A stretch of DNA of 64,000 nucleotides from Hyphomicrobiales bacterium (GCA_025351165.1 JANXWK010000031.1:3198-67197); one strand, 5' to 3'; shown: positions 28,840 through 40,898, counted from the first letter of the stretch. Made by a program: numbers and translations. Notes: generated by a model from the letters alone, not told the origin.

Positions 28840-29568
28840 TCACCCATTTGCAAAATATTGTCCGCCATTAATGGTCAAAACACTGCCCGTCATGAAGCCA
28901 GATTTATCAGACGCTAGATAACATACTAATTCTGCAATCTCGTCTGGGTGGCCAAGGCGTCCAACTGGAATCTGCGCTACAATTTTTTTCAACACGTCTT
29001 CAGGCATTGCAGCAACCATGTCTGTGTTGATGTACCCTGGGCAGATACAATTGACCGTTACACCTTTAAAGGCATTTTCCTGCGCCAATGCTTTTGTAAA
29101 TCCAATAACGCCAGCTTTTGCCGCCGAGTAGTTGGTTTGCCCCATTTGGCCTTTTTGAGCATTAATGGATGAAATATTGATAATACGCCCAAAATTTGCT
29201 GCCCGCATTGGCTCAAGCACTGGTTTTGTCATGGTGAACATAGAATCAAGATTGGTGCGCATCACGGCAGACCAGTTCTCAAAGCTCATTTTGTGCATCA
29301 TGCCATCACGGGTAATACCAGCATTGTTCACCAATATTTCTATCGGGCCAATCTCTGCAACAACCTGTTTAATACCAGCTTCACAGGCTGATAGATCAGA
29401 CACATCCCATTTGTAAACAGGTATACCTGTCTCGTTTTTAAAAGCCTGCGCGGCTGTATCATTGCCTGCATAATTTGCCACAACCGTGTAACCAGCAGCC
29501 TTAAGCCCAATACAGATTGCATGTCCTATGCCGCGCGTGCCTCCTGTAACTAGTGCAATACGTCCCAT
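28840..29568 (-). CDS. phaB: acetoacetyl-CoA reductase (SDR)
   Basis: ALVTGGTRGIG...NNAG...YSAAKAG are SDR motifs. It is adjacent to phaA and to phaR, which is divergent. Confidence 0.88.
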   Translation of the reverse strand: MGRIALVTGGTRGIGHAICIGLKAAGYTVVANYAGNDTAAQAFKNETGIPVYKWDVSDLSACEAGIKQVVAEIGPIEILVNNAGITRDGMMHKMSFENWSAVMRTNLDSMFTMTKPVLEPMRAANFGRIINISSINAQKGQMGQTNYSAAKAGVIGFTKALAQENAFKGVTVNCICPGYINTDMVAAMPEDVLKKIVAQIPVGRLGHPDEIAELVCYLASDKSGFMTGSVLTINGGQYFANG

Positions 29569-29653
29569 TTAATCCTCCCAGATATGTTTTTTTGTACAAA
29601 GGGTCAGCAGCAAAAATATACTGATGCCTGCTTTCCATGAATGACGTGAGTAA

Positions 29654-30832
29654 TTATCGCTCGACTGTCATGGCAATACCCATGCCACCACCAATACAAA
29701 GTGTTGCCAGGCCTTTACGAACATCACGGCGCTGCATTTCATGCAGCAGTGTAACCAGTACACGACAGCCAGATGCGCCAATTGGATGTCCTATTGCAAT
29801 CGCACCACCGTTTACATTCACCTTGTTTAAATCCCAGCCCATATCCTTGTTCACAGCACAGGCCTGGGCGGCAAAAGCTTCATTGGCTTCAATCAAATCA
29901 AGATCAGCGGCTTTCCAACCTGCTTTTTCTAGTGCTTTGCGTGAAGCAGGTATGGGACCAGACCCCATAATTTCAGGTGCAACGCCAGCAGTTGCCCATG
30001 ATGCAATACGGGCAAGGGGAGTTAGGCCTCGGCGAGACGCTTCTTTTGCGCTCATCAACAGAACCGCTGCCGCGCCATCATTAAGGCCAGATGCATTACC
30101 AGCTGTTACTGTTCCTTCTTTTTTAAAAGCCGACTTGAGCTTGGCCATAGCTTCATAGGTCGAACCATGCCGGATGTATTCATCCTGATCGACCACAACA
30201 TCACCTTTACGCGTGGCAAGCGTTACAGGCACAATTTCATCTTTGAAATATCCTGCCTTTTGAGCAGCTTCTGCTTTATTCTGTGATTGATAGGCAAAAC
30301 GATCCTGCTCTTCACGGGTAATCTGCCATTTATCAGCAACATTTTCTGCCGTCGTCCCCATATGGTAGCCATTAAAAGCATCCCATAAACCATCCTTAAT
30401 CATTGTATCAATGAAATTCATATCTCCAAATTTCACCCCTGAGCGTAAATGGGCGCAATGGGGTGCAAGGGACATGGATTCTTGACCACCCGCTATGATA
30501 AGGTCTGCATCGCCGTTTACGATCTGCTGCATTCCAAGGGCAACGGCCCTCAACCCTGATCCGCAAACCTGATTAAGGCTCCATGCTGTGCTAGCCTGGC
30601 TCAGGCCAGCCATAATGGCAGCCTGACGTGCAGGGTTTTGACCCTGGGCGGCTTGCAGCACCTGTCCTAAAATAACTTCGTTGATTTCACTGGCTTCTGT
30701 TTTGGCCCGTGCCAGCACAGCTTTAATGACTTCACTTCCAAGTTTATGGGCTGGGACATCGCTGAACCCTCCCATAAAACTGGTAACTGCTGTACGCGCT
30801 GCAGATACAATAACTACATCACTTGTGCTCAT
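29654..30832 (-). CDS. phaA: acetyl-CoA acetyltransferase (thiolase II)
   Basis: The start is taken at [14 protein letters not shown] (ATG at 30832). It has the active-site context [10 protein letters not shown] and the C-terminal motifs [17 protein letters not shown] and CIGGGMG. Confidence 0.92.
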   Translation of the reverse strand: MSTSDVVIVSAARTAVTSFMGGFSDVPAHKLGSEVIKAVLARAKTEASEINEVILGQVLQAAQGQNPARQAAIMAGLSQASTAWSLNQVCGSGLRAVALGMQQIVNGDADLIIAGGQESMSLAPHCAHLRSGVKFGDMNFIDTMIKDGLWDAFNGYHMGTTAENVADKWQITREEQDRFAYQSQNKAEAAQKAGYFKDEIVPVTLATRKGDVVVDQDEYIRHGSTYEAMAKLKSAFKKEGTVTAGNASGLNDGAAAVLLMSAKEASRRGLTPLARIASWATAGVAPEIMGSGPIPASRKALEKAGWKAADLDLIEANEAFAAQACAVNKDMGWDLNKVNVNGGAIAIGHPIGASGCRVLVTLLHEMQRRDVRKGLATLCIGGGMGIAMTVER

Positions 30833-31059
30833 GAGGAAGGCTCCTACCAAATCAATAAATTAACCGTTTTTATAAATTAACCACTCGGTTGATTATGTGG
30901 ATACGTCAAGGGTTTGATGAAATAAATTATGCTTGATTGAAAAAGAACTCTCTTCAAATGATTAATTTTTTACTGCAGGTATCTTTCCACCAGCATTTGA
31001 ACAGCGTAGACTCAAAATGTGATATTGTGTAAGGCGTAGAAATCAGGGAAGGCCACACC

Positions 31060-31758
31060 ATGGCAACAGATACAAAAACCATTTTGATCAAAAAATACGC
31101 AAATAGACGCCTGTATCACACTGGAACCAGCTCTTATGTAACGCTTGATGACTTGTCAGAGATGGTTCACAAAGGTGAGGATTTTGTTGTAAGCGATGCC
31201 AAAACAAGCGAAGACATAACACGTTCAGTTCTGACACAGATCATTTTTGATCAGGAAAACAAGGTTGGGCAGGGCGGCAACTTACTGCCAACTACATTTT
31301 TGCGTCAGCTCATTCGCTTTTATGGGGATAGTATGCAAGCCTTGGTACCTAAATATCTCGAATTCTCAATTGACCGTCTTACCAGCGATCAGCAGAAATT
31401 TAGGGATCATCTCAAAAGTGCTTTTGGACTTCCAGTTCTCACGAATTCCAATTCTGCAGATCCCGACTCTGTTAATTCAGCTTCAACAGGTTTAAATCCC
31501 GCGTCTCCCCTTCCATCCTTTCCCAAAACTGTGTTTGCAGCACCTGCAACATTTAAAATGATAGAGGAGCAGGCGCGAGCAAATATGGCAATTTTTAGTG
31601 AGGCTCTCACCCTGTTTTCACCATTTAAGGCAAAAAAGCCTGTAAATATTGAACCAGAACAATCAAAAAGTGATCCAGAGGTTAATGATCTGGAAATCGT
31701 TAAGCAGCAGCTTGCCCATCTACAGCTAAGGCTGGATCAGATGGATAAAAAAAGCTGA
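31060..31758 (+). CDS. phaR: polyhydroxyalkanoate synthesis repressor
   Basis: IKKYANRRLYHTGTSSYVTLDDLSEMV is the PHB_acc_N motif, and the central part is a PHB/PHA accumulation regulator domain. Confidence 0.85.
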   Translation: MATDTKTILIKKYANRRLYHTGTSSYVTLDDLSEMVHKGEDFVVSDAKTSEDITRSVLTQIIFDQENKVGQGGNLLPTTFLRQLIRFYGDSMQALVPKYLEFSIDRLTSDQQKFRDHLKSAFGLPVLTNSNSADPDSVNSASTGLNPASPLPSFPKTVFAAPATFKMIEEQARANMAIFSEALTLFSPFKAKKPVNIEPEQSKSDPEVNDLEIVKQQLAHLQLRLDQMDKKS

Positions 31759-31792
31759 ATTATTTTTATACTTAGTAAGTTGAAGTTTACCT

Positions 31793-32392
31793 ATGAAAAA
31801 GCCACAGGTTTCAAAACTGAGGCGGGCAGATCTGATGGACGCGTCAGTTCTGGCTCACCTAATAAACATGATCAGTGAAGGCGCATTTGCAACTAGACTT
31901 GGCATTGACGCTGACATCAATGAAACCTGGCTTGATGTTGCCCGTAAAACCATAAGCCAACCAGATAGCGAGATATCCTATTCCAATTGCATTGTTTATG
32001 AAATCAATGGTGATATTGCAGGTATGGTTATGCTGAACTGGCTTTCATCTGACATGCCCGTTTTGAATTTGGCTCAGATCACTGAGGAAGAGCGCCCTGC
32101 CAATGAATTAATTGTACAGGCGCCAGGCAGTCTTTTGATACGAGAACTGGGTGTTTTTGAAAAATACAGGAAGCAGGGAGTAGCAAAAGCTTTTCTTCAG
32201 CTTGCTGAAGGATACGCGCGGTCAAAATCCATTCCTGTGCTTAGCCTTACAGTGCATGAGACAAGTGGCGCAGCTTTGGCTCTATACGAAAAATCAGGAT
32301 TTAAACTGATCGACTCACGGCAAATATCAAGACACTCAACATGGGCCACAGGCTCAAGGCTTTATCTCATGTGCAAACAGCTGCCTCAATAA
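31793..32392 (+). CDS. GNAT-family N-acetyltransferase
   Basis: 199 aa. IRELGVFEKYRKQGVAKAFL (the Q/RxxGxG/A-like acetyl-CoA motif) and LYEKSGFK. Confidence 0.7.
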   Translation: MKKPQVSKLRRADLMDASVLAHLINMISEGAFATRLGIDADINETWLDVARKTISQPDSEISYSNCIVYEINGDIAGMVMLNWLSSDMPVLNLAQITEEERPANELIVQAPGSLLIRELGVFEKYRKQGVAKAFLQLAEGYARSKSIPVLSLTVHETSGAALALYEKSGFKLIDSRQISRHSTWATGSRLYLMCKQLPQ

Positions 32393-32745
32393 TTCAACAG
32401 GCTGGGTCTGCACAAAACGGATTGAATATTTCAAAGCTGACAGTTTTGAAGGTACGATAATACCCATACAAGTATAAAGGACAAACAACCAGATTTCAAA
32501 CTCAATACCCTGCAAAATATTCATGCAAATATTGCATGATGTTGTTCAATTATAGTTTTATAGAAAAAATAGCCAAAAATAGCTTTATTCTTGCAGAATA
32601 GTTGCATAAAAGACAAAAAATCAACAGATTTCAACTAAATTACATGATTGGACATAAAACCCTGAGCATGGCATGACTTTTTTACAGGAGCGCGTTACGC
32701 TTCCAGCTTTGTTTAGATTTAATATCTGATTCCAGGAGATTTTAA

Positions 32746-35700
32746 GTGGCTGAGAAAATTGAGCAGATCGTAAATTTTAATAAAAACAAGTCTTTTGATC
32801 TTCCTGTTTCACTTCAAGACATATCACTTATGATTTTCGGAAAAGTTGCAGCTGAGGATATCCAGCGCGTATCTTTTTTGGAGCGAGAACAGCTTGCGCG
32901 CAATGCTGTAGAGCATCTTGAATCCTATAATTCAAATTATGAGACCGCAAAAGAGGCGAGCATAAGGCTCATTGACGGCATTTTGGACAATACATCCATT
33001 TTGGAAATCATCAATGATGACATGCCCTTTTTGCTGGATTCAACTTTGGCAGAGTTGAGTGAGCAGGGAATTGAACCAAGGCTGGTTGCTCACCCTGTAT
33101 TGAGCATTGAACAAAGTTTAACTGGGAAAATAATTTCAATCAGTGCAAACTTGAGTGAAAAATCATCTGTAGGCTCTGCGGTACGTCAAAGCCTGATACA
33201 TATTCATTTACCTGTTATCGAATCTGAACTTCACAAACAGGCATTACTTGAGGCTTTGACTTTAACCTATAAAGACATCAGACGTTCAGTCGTTGATTGG
33301 ACGCCAATGAAAGATCGTCTGGGAGAGGCCATAAATGCTTACAAGAATAACCCTCCGCCACTGGATCCAACAGAAGTGGCAGAGGCAATCCAGTTTCTGG
33401 AATGGCTCAAGGCAGATCATTTTATTTTGCTTGGAACGCGTGAATATAGTTTTCCTGATGGTATTGGGGCCGCTGATCCACAGGACGGGTCAGGCCTTGG
33501 GATTTTGCGTGATCCTTCAGTAAGAATCTTGCGTCGTGGCGATGAGCTTGTAATCCTTACACCAGAGGTTCGCGCGTTTTTAAGTGAACCTGCTGCACTT
33601 ATAATTACAAAATCAAACGTAAAATCCCGCGTTCATCGCCGTGCACACATGGACTATATTGGCGTCAAACTTTTTGATGCCAAAGGTGGCCTTTCTGGTG
33701 AGCTGCGCATTTCTGGGTTATTTACATCTACAGCCTATAATACATCAGCCAGAACAATACCTTACCTGAGACGTAAGGTTGATAATGTATTCAAGCGGGC
33801 AGGCTATCTGCCAGACAGTTATTCAGGGCGCGGCCTTGACAATGTGATTGAAAGCTATCCACGCGATGAGCTGTTTCAGATAGATGAAGATACACTTCTG
33901 AATTTTTCTCTTGATATTCTCAACCTGTCTGAACGTCCACGCATTCGTGTATTGCCACGCCTTGATCAGTTTGACCGCTTTGTATCCGTTATGGTTTACA
34001 TTCCCAAGGATCGGTACGACACGGCAATCCGCCGCAAAGTGGGGATGGTCTTGGCCAGCTTGTATCAGGGGCGGTTATCAGCAGCCTATCCAGCCTATCC
34101 GGAAGGGCCCTTGTCACGCACGCATTATATTATAGGGCGCGATGAGGGCAAAACTCCGGTCATAGCACGCGAGACACTGGAGCAGGCAATTGCGCAGATT
34201 ATACGTACTTGGGCGGATGGTCTGCGCGAGGCTATGCAGAGCCTGGATAAACCTTACACGGATTTAAGTCTTTTCTCCCGCTATAGCGATGCATTTAGCG
34301 CCGCTTACCGAGAGGCTTTTGCCCCAGCCGAAAGCCTGGCTGATATCCTCACTATAGAAAACCTGACATCTGCAAAACCTAGAACAATCATGTTTCACAG
34401 ACGCGAAGGTGAAGCTGAGACCAGAGCAAGTCTCAAGGTTTTTGCACTGGGTGAACCAATGGCACTATCCCAGCGTGTTCCCCTGCTGGAGGATATGGGC
34501 TTTACTGTCATTAATGAGCGCACTTACCGCGTTGCCCCAAAAGATGCGGATGAAACCTCGCGTGTCTGGCTGCATGACATGACGCTGGAAAACAAATCAG
34601 GAAAAATTATTGATGTTGGCGGTCTGAAACCCCGCCTGGAATCTTTGATGACCGCGTTGTTCAGTTCGCGAACTGAAAGCGACGGGTACAATGCTCTGGT
34701 AAAGGATGCAGGCCTGAACTGGCGAGAGATTGCAGTTTTAAGGTGCTACTCACGCTATCTGCGTCAGATTAAATTTGGGCTTGGGCAAGAGTACCTTTGG
34801 TCTGCTCTCAACCGCTATCCTTTGACTGCCAAACGTCTTGCCAGTCTGTTTACAACGCGTTTTAACCCTGATCTTGATTATGACCTTGACAGGCGCCATG
34901 CTGCTGAAGCTGAAATAAGTGCTGAAATTGATAATGATCTTGCATCTGTTGGCAGCCTGGATGATGACCGTATCTTACGGCGCTTTCGCAATCTGATACA
35001 ATCAACACTCCGTACAAATTTTTATCAGACAGACAGCAATGGTCATCATCATGATATAATTACTTTCAAGTTTCAGTCGCATTTGGTTGAAGGCCTTCCA
35101 CTGCCTCGTCCAGAGTATGAGATTTACATGGATAGCCCCCGTGTTGAAGGGCTGCATTTGCGCTTTGGCAAAGTTGCACGAGGGGGGCTGCGTTGGTCAG
35201 ACAGGCCGCAGGATTTTAGAACGGAAATACTGGGGCTGGTAAAAGCGCAGCAGGTAAAAAATGCTGTCATTGTGCCAGTGGGTGCCAAGGGTGGGTTTGT
35301 ACCAAAAAAATTGCCCTCTTCAGGCAATCGGGACCTTTGGCTAAAAGAGGGAACAGAGGCTTATAAAATATTTATCAGCTCTCTTCTGGAACTCACCGAT
35401 AATCTTGTCGATAACAGGTTAACGCCTCCTTTAAACACTGTTCGTCACGATGGAGACGATCCCTATCTGGTTGTTGCTGCTGATAAGGGCACAGCTACGT
35501 TTTCTGACACGGCCAATGCAATTTCCCTTGAAAAACATCATTGGCTGGGAGACGCTTTTGCCTCTGGCGGCTCAATTGGCTATGATCACAAGAAAATGGG
35601 AATTACCGCACGAGGTGCGTGGGAGGCTGTTAAGCGCCATTTTCGTGAAATGGACATGGACATCCAGACAACTCCTTTCACAGTTGTTGGCGTTGGGGAC

Positions 35701-37548
35701 ATGTCAGGAGATGTATTTGGCAATGGAATGCTGCTCTCTCCAGTCATTAAACTGATTGCAGCATTCGATCATCGTGATATTTTTCTTGATCCAAACCCTG
35801 ATGTGGAAAGAACTTTTGCTGAACGCCAGCGCATGTTTGATTTGCCACGCTCCAGCTGGCAGGATTTTGATAAATCCCTTCTTTCAAAGGGTGGAGGGAT
35901 TTTTGCCCGCTCGCTCAAGGAAATGCCTTTGTCAATTGAAGTGCAGGCCATGCTCAACCTGTTTCAGGATAAGGCTACTCCCCAGGACGTTATGAGCGCC
36001 ATTCTCAAAGCACAGGCTGATCTTCTGTGGTTTGGCGGTATCGGCACATATATCTGCGCCTCCACTGAAACAAATGAACAGGTTGGTGACCGCGCTAATG
36101 AGGCCATTCGCATTACTGGGCCGCAGGTCAGGGTTAAAGTCATAGGGGAAGGCGCAAATCTGGGGGCAACGCAGCTTGGGCGCATAGAGGCAGCTCAGGC
36201 TAGCGTTCGGTTAAACACGGATGCAATTGATAATTCTGCTGGCGTAAACACGTCTGACGTTGAGGTGAATATCAAAATTGCGCTTGCAAAACTGGAGGGT
36301 GAACTGGGGCCCGATGCCCGTGTTCAGCTTCTTGCAAGCATGACAGATGAAGTTGGCGCCCTGGTTTTACGCAATAACTATCTTCAGAGCCTTAGCATTT
36401 CTCTTACAGAAAACCGTGCTCAGAATGATTTACCCTATCAGCGTAAACTTATGCTGCATCTGGAAAAAGATGGCCGACTTGACCGTAAAATTGAATTTTT
36501 GCCTGACGAAAATACATTAAATGCACGTGAAAAGCTAGGGTTGGGGCTAACACGTCCAGAGCTGAGTATTCTGCTGGCTTATGCTAAACTGTATCTCCAC
36601 GACATGATTTTAGCATCAGATGCGCCAGATGATACCTATTTTGAACATGACTTGTTAAATTATTTCCCGGTGGCCCTGCGCAAGGCCTACCCAGAAACCA
36701 TTACCACGCATCGTTTACGCCGTGAAATTATTGCAACCCAGCTTGCCAACAGTATCGTAAATCGCGGTTCGTTGAGTATAATGACCCGTGTGTCAAATGG
36801 AACAAAATTGAGTGCCTCAACCCTTGATGCCTCAACCCTTGCGCGAAGCTATGTTGTGGCACGCAACGCATTCGGTCTAAATGATATAAATGCCGAGATT
36901 GATGCGCTTGATACAAAAATATTGGGTAGTTTGCAGATGGAACTCTACACCAGGGTGCAGAATACAACAATTGCACTGGTGGGATGGTTCTTGCACAATG
37001 GTGATTTCTCCAAAGGTATTGAGGCGGTTATCGCGCGTTTTGCCAAAGGTCTTGATGTTATACGCATGTCCCTGCCAGAAGATGCTAAAGCTTACATTCA
37101 GATTGAGATGGAGGCTTTGTATGGCAAGGGAGTACCAAGCCCTCTGGCATCAAATATTGCTGAACTTTCCTATCTGGAGAAAATGCCTGATATTATCAGC
37201 ATCTCGGACTTGACTGATACAAGCGAAGATAAAGTAAGCGCCCTGTTTTTGGCAAGTGATGAAGCTCTTCAGTTCTCGACTCTCAAAACATTGGGTAGCG
37301 GCATAAAGTCAGCTGACATATTTGACGGACAGGCACGTGATATGGCTTTGGAGCGCATAACCCGCGCGCATCGCACTTTATCAATCAACATACTTAAAGC
37401 AGGTCATTCCTATCATGATTGGGCAGCCCATTTTACCGATAGGCTTGAGCCTGTGAAGTTGACTGTTTCACAGATTATCAGTTCTGGCATAAGTGTTTCC
37501 AAACTGACGATAGCGGCTGGATTATTGGGGGATTTGGCAGTGAATTGA
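32746..37548 (+). CDS. gdhB: NAD-specific glutamate dehydrogenase, large (about 180 kDa) class
   Basis: 1600 aa with a GTG start. The catalytic core is GLHLRFGKVARGGLRWSDR...KAQQVKNAVIVPVGAKGGFV...VVAADKGTATFSD...GDMSGDVFGNGML, typical of the Bac_GDH family. Confidence 0.92.
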   Translation: MAEKIEQIVNFNKNKSFDLPVSLQDISLMIFGKVAAEDIQRVSFLEREQLARNAVEHLESYNSNYETAKEASIRLIDGILDNTSILEIINDDMPFLLDSTLAELSEQGIEPRLVAHPVLSIEQSLTGKIISISANLSEKSSVGSAVRQSLIHIHLPVIESELHKQALLEALTLTYKDIRRSVVDWTPMKDRLGEAINAYKNNPPPLDPTEVAEAIQFLEWLKADHFILLGTREYSFPDGIGAADPQDGSGLGILRDPSVRILRRGDELVILTPEVRAFLSEPAALIITKSNVKSRVHRRAHMDYIGVKLFDAKGGLSGELRISGLFTSTAYNTSARTIPYLRRKVDNVFKRAGYLPDSYSGRGLDNVIESYPRDELFQIDEDTLLNFSLDILNLSERPRIRVLPRLDQFDRFVSVMVYIPKDRYDTAIRRKVGMVLASLYQGRLSAAYPAYPEGPLSRTHYIIGRDEGKTPVIARETLEQAIAQIIRTWADGLREAMQSLDKPYTDLSLFSRYSDAFSAAYREAFAPAESLADILTIENLTSAKPRTIMFHRREGEAETRASLKVFALGEPMALSQRVPLLEDMGFTVINERTYRVAPKDADETSRVWLHDMTLENKSGKIIDVGGLKPRLESLMTALFSSRTESDGYNALVKDAGLNWREIAVLRCYSRYLRQIKFGLGQEYLWSALNRYPLTAKRLASLFTTRFNPDLDYDLDRRHAAEAEISAEIDNDLASVGSLDDDRILRRFRNLIQSTLRTNFYQTDSNGHHHDIITFKFQSHLVEGLPLPRPEYEIYMDSPRVEGLHLRFGKVARGGLRWSDRPQDFRTEILGLVKAQQVKNAVIVPVGAKGGFVPKKLPSSGNRDLWLKEGTEAYKIFISSLLELTDNLVDNRLTPPLNTVRHDGDDPYLVVAADKGTATFSDTANAISLEKHHWLGDAFASGGSIGYDHKKMGITARGAWEAVKRHFREMDMDIQTTPFTVVGVGDMSGDVFGNGMLLSPVIKLIAAFDHRDIFLDPNPDVERTFAERQRMFDLPRSSWQDFDKSLLSKGGGIFARSLKEMPLSIEVQAMLNLFQDKATPQDVMSAILKAQADLLWFGGIGTYICASTETNEQVGDRANEAIRITGPQVRVKVIGEGANLGATQLGRIEAAQASVRLNTDAIDNSAGVNTSDVEVNIKIALAKLEGELGPDARVQLLASMTDEVGALVLRNNYLQSLSISLTENRAQNDLPYQRKLMLHLEKDGRLDRKIEFLPDENTLNAREKLGLGLTRPELSILLAYAKLYLHDMILASDAPDDTYFEHDLLNYFPVALRKAYPETITTHRLRREIIATQLANSIVNRGSLSIMTRVSNGTKLSASTLDASTLARSYVVARNAFGLNDINAEIDALDTKILGSLQMELYTRVQNTTIALVGWFLHNGDFSKGIEAVIARFAKGLDVIRMSLPEDAKAYIQIEMEALYGKGVPSPLASNIAELSYLEKMPDIISISDLTDTSEDKVSALFLASDEALQFSTLKTLGSGIKSADIFDGQARDMALERITRAHRTLSINILKAGHSYHDWAAHFTDRLEPVKLTVSQIISSGISVSKLTIAAGLLGDLAVN
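36814..36843. repeat. 15-bp x2 in-frame tandem duplication inside gdhB
   Basis: gcctcaacccttgat / gcctcaacccttgcg, encoding ASTLD-ASTLA. Confidence 0.85.
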
Positions 37549-37671
37549 TGAATATTTTTTGAATAAAATCGCTGACAGAACCAGAGATCGTGATATAGGC
37601 GGTGCGTAAACATATACAGCACCGCTCTCACCAAGGATACCTGCCACGTGCGACCCTCTCCTTTCCATAAG

Positions 37672-38079
37672 ATGGTTTTCCTGACTCTTTTGTGTTTGCC
37701 TTTTTCAGCCTGTATGCAATCTCCTCCATTTGCAGTTTTCGAAGGTATCAAAACATCAAAAACGACAATAGAAAAGCGGGGAAAAGGGCAGATGGCAATG
37801 GTTTCTGCTCAGGTGTCCAATACAATACAAGTCTGCTGGATTGAACGTGATGAATTGTTTGAGGGTTTTAAAGTTTATGAACAGGGTAATAGAATTACAT
37901 TGAGCGGGCCAATAATTGGCAACCCACCACAGCTTTTTTTAATTAGCTTCACTGAACTTCCTGCATCAGGATATACAATTGAAATGGAGTATCCCAATGG
38001 AAGTAATCATCAATTTATCCGCTCCCGCCTTGTGAGGGACTTAAGAAAACTGGAAGCTGGCATAAAGCCATGTACCTGA
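37672..38079 (+). CDS. putative lipoprotein, unknown function
   Basis: MVFLTLLCLPFSAC has a lipobox-like L-P-F-S-A-C. I do not recognise a family. Confidence 0.45.
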   Translation: MVFLTLLCLPFSACMQSPPFAVFEGIKTSKTTIEKRGKGQMAMVSAQVSNTIQVCWIERDELFEGFKVYEQGNRITLSGPIIGNPPQLFLISFTELPASGYTIEMEYPNGSNHQFIRSRLVRDLRKLEAGIKPCT

Positions 38080-38102
38080 TATCAATATAGAAACCAAATA
38101 TT

Positions 38103-40310
38103 ATGACCTTAAAAACAGAGCCTGCCATTACGCCCGCACTTGTTAGAGACCATGGCCTTAAGCCAGATGAATATGAGCGCTTTAAAAAATTGCTGGGTCG
38201 TGAGCCAAGCTTTACAGAGCTTGGGATTTGCTCTGCCATGTGGAACGAGCATTGTTCTTATAAATCATCAAAAATTCATCTTAAAACCCTGCCAACGTCG
38301 GGTGCCCGCGTTATTCACGGCCCAGGTGAAAATGCCGGTGTTGTGGATATTGGTGATGGGCAGGTCATTGCTTTCAAAATGGAAAGCCATAATCATCCCT
38401 CCTACATTGAGCCATATCAAGGGGCAGCAACAGGTGTGGGCGGTATTTTGCGCGATGTGTTTACAATGGGCGCAAGGCCTATTGCCTGCCTCAACGCTTT
38501 GAGCTTTGGCTCACCATCACATCCGCGCACCAAGCATCTTGTGTCTGGCGTTGTTGCTGGTGTTGGCGGCTATGGCAATTCCTTTGGTGTGCCAACTCTT
38601 GGTGGCTCGGTTTATTTCCACCCACGTTATAATGGCAATTGCCTTGTCAATGCGATGGCTGTCGGTCTTGCAAAAAGCGACGGGATATTTACATCTGCTG
38701 CAACAAGCGTTGGCAAGCCGATTGTTTATCTTGGTTCAAAAACGGGGCGCGATGGGATCCACGGCGCAACAATGGCAAGTCAGGAATTTGGTGAGGGAGC
38801 GGAAGAAAAACGCCCAACTGTGCAGGTTGGTGATCCATTTGCTGAAAAGCTGCTGCTGGAGGCAACGCTGGAGCTCATGGCCTCTGGCGCGGTTATCGCC
38901 ATTCAGGACATGGGCGCCGCTGGGCTTACATCATCGTCAGTAGAAATGGGCGCAAAAGGCAATTTAGGCGTTGAACTTAACCTTGAAAACGTGCCATGCC
39001 GTGAAACTGGCATGAGCGCCTATGAAATGATGCTCTCAGAAAGCCAGGAGCGGATGCTCATGGTTTTAAAGCCTGAGCTGGAAGATGTGGCCAAAGCCAT
39101 ATTCATCAAATGGGGTCTGGATTTTGCCGTTATTGGCCATACAACCGATACTAAACGATATGTTGTTAAACTGAACGGCGAAATCAAAGCCGATATGCCC
39201 ATTAAAGAAATGGGCGATGAAGCTCCTGAATATGATCGCCCGCACGTTGAAACAGCAAAACGTGCTGTTATAAAGGCAACCGACATTGAGCCGCCTGTGT
39301 CTAATGCAGATGCGTTGATGCAATTGGTTGGTTCGCCCAATGGCTGTTCACGTCGCTGGGTTTGGGAGCAGTATGACCATATAATCCTGGGCAATAGCGT
39401 GCAGATACCAGGTGGCGACGCGGCTATTGTGCGCCTTGAAGATGGCCCTAAAGGTTTAGCGATCACCTGCGACGTGACACCCCGCTATTGTGAGGCTGAT
39501 CCGTTTGAAGGTGGTAAGCAGGCGGTGGCAGAGTGCTGGCGTAATCTGACAGCCGTTGGCGGTGAGCCGATTGCACTCACAGATAACCTGAATTTTGGCA
39601 ACCCCGAACGCCCAGAGATTATGGGGCAGTTTGTGGGCTGCATTAAAGGCATTGGAGAAGCAGCACGTGTGCTGGAGTTCCCCGTGGTATCAGGCAATGT
39701 GTCGCTCTATAATGAAACCAACGGACAGGCTATTTTGCCAACCCCGACTATTGGCGGCATTGCCCTTTTAGATGATGTTACACTCAATGCTACTATTGCC
39801 TTTAAAGCTGCAGGTGAAGTCATTTTAGTGATTGGTGAAACAACAGGCTGGCTTGGCTGCTCAATGTATTTGGCCGATATATGCGGGCAAGAGGCTGGAG
39901 CGCCGCCGCCTGTGGATTTATTGGCTGAAAAACGTCATGGTGATTTTGTGCGTGCGCTTATTCGATCCAAACACGTAACCGCCGTGCATGATTGCTCAGA
40001 TGGTGGTTTGGCAGTGGCGATCGCAGAAATGGCTCTGGCAGGCAATATGGGCGCAAGCATTAAAGCTGGTGCATATATTCCACACCACGCTTTTTATTTT
40101 GGCGAGGATCAGGCGCGGTATGTGATAACGGCCACGCAGGCCGAAGCTGCAAAAATAAATACGGATGCCAAATTTGCTGGCATACCCATCATGAGCTTAG
40201 GGGAAACAGGTGGTGAAGCATTGACGCTTGAGGGTGAAGCGCCCATATCTCTCATCACATTACGCAATGCCCATGAACACTGGTTGCCAGAGTACATGAG
40301 CCGTAAATAA
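38103..40310 (+). CDS. purL: phosphoribosylformylglycinamidine synthase subunit PurL
   Basis: 735 aa. [23 protein letters not shown]...[23 protein letters not shown] are the small-PurL signature motifs. Confidence 0.95.
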   Translation: MTLKTEPAITPALVRDHGLKPDEYERFKKLLGREPSFTELGICSAMWNEHCSYKSSKIHLKTLPTSGARVIHGPGENAGVVDIGDGQVIAFKMESHNHPSYIEPYQGAATGVGGILRDVFTMGARPIACLNALSFGSPSHPRTKHLVSGVVAGVGGYGNSFGVPTLGGSVYFHPRYNGNCLVNAMAVGLAKSDGIFTSAATSVGKPIVYLGSKTGRDGIHGATMASQEFGEGAEEKRPTVQVGDPFAEKLLLEATLELMASGAVIAIQDMGAAGLTSSSVEMGAKGNLGVELNLENVPCRETGMSAYEMMLSESQERMLMVLKPELEDVAKAIFIKWGLDFAVIGHTTDTKRYVVKLNGEIKADMPIKEMGDEAPEYDRPHVETAKRAVIKATDIEPPVSNADALMQLVGSPNGCSRRWVWEQYDHIILGNSVQIPGGDAAIVRLEDGPKGLAITCDVTPRYCEADPFEGGKQAVAECWRNLTAVGGEPIALTDNLNFGNPERPEIMGQFVGCIKGIGEAARVLEFPVVSGNVSLYNETNGQAILPTPTIGGIALLDDVTLNATIAFKAAGEVILVIGETTGWLGCSMYLADICGQEAGAPPPVDLLAEKRHGDFVRALIRSKHVTAVHDCSDGGLAVAIAEMALAGNMGASIKAGAYIPHHAFYFGEDQARYVITATQAEAAKINTDAKFAGIPIMSLGETGGEALTLEGEAPISLITLRNAHEHWLPEYMSRK

Positions 40311-40322
40311 GGAATTGCAAAC

Positions 40323-40553
40323 ATGCCAATGGCAGCAAACGACATAGAAACAATGATTAAAGATGCACTGCCAGATGCCCAGATTGAGATTAAGGATCTG
40401 GCGGGCGATGGCGATCATTATTCAGCCACCATTGTGAGTTCAGCTTTTGCAGGAAAATCAAAAGTGCAGCAGCATCAAATGGTCTATGCAGCTTTAAAAG
40501 GCAATATGGGCGGTGCACTACACGCTTTGGCATTAACAACGCGCAGTGAATAG
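40323..40553 (+). CDS. BolA-family protein
   Basis: 76 aa. GDGDHYSATIVSSAFAGKSKVQQHQMVYAAL is the BolA motif. It lies directly upstream of grxD, the conserved BolA-Grx pair. Confidence 0.85.
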   Translation: MPMAANDIETMIKDALPDAQIEIKDLAGDGDHYSATIVSSAFAGKSKVQQHQMVYAALKGNMGGALHALALTTRSE

Positions 40554-40562
40554 GAGCAAAAA

Positions 40563-40898
40563 ATGACTGATATACATGCTTTAATAGACAGTGAAATTAA
40601 ATCCAACGACGTTATTCTTTTTATGAAAGGCACACCTCAATTCCCGCAATGCGGGTTTTCAGGCCAGGTTGTGCAGATACTGGATCATCTGGGCGTTACC
40701 TATAAAGGTATAAACGTTCTTGAAAGCGCAGAAATGCGTCAGGGCATTAAGGATTATTCCAACTGGCCGACAACTCCGCAGCTTTATATTAAAGGTGAGT
40801 TTATTGGCGGTTGTGATATTGTGCGCGAAATGTTTCAGGCAGGTGAACTCCAGACACAGTTGGAAACAAGCGGCGTGGCAGTGAAATCGGCATCTTAA
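40563..40898 (+). CDS. grxD: monothiol glutaredoxin (Grx4 family)
   Basis: [24 protein letters not shown] has the CGFS active site, with [19 protein letters not shown] downstream. Confidence 0.92.
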   Translation: MTDIHALIDSEIKSNDVILFMKGTPQFPQCGFSGQVVQILDHLGVTYKGINVLESAEMRQGIKDYSNWPTTPQLYIKGEFIGGCDIVREMFQAGELQTQLETSGVAVKSAS

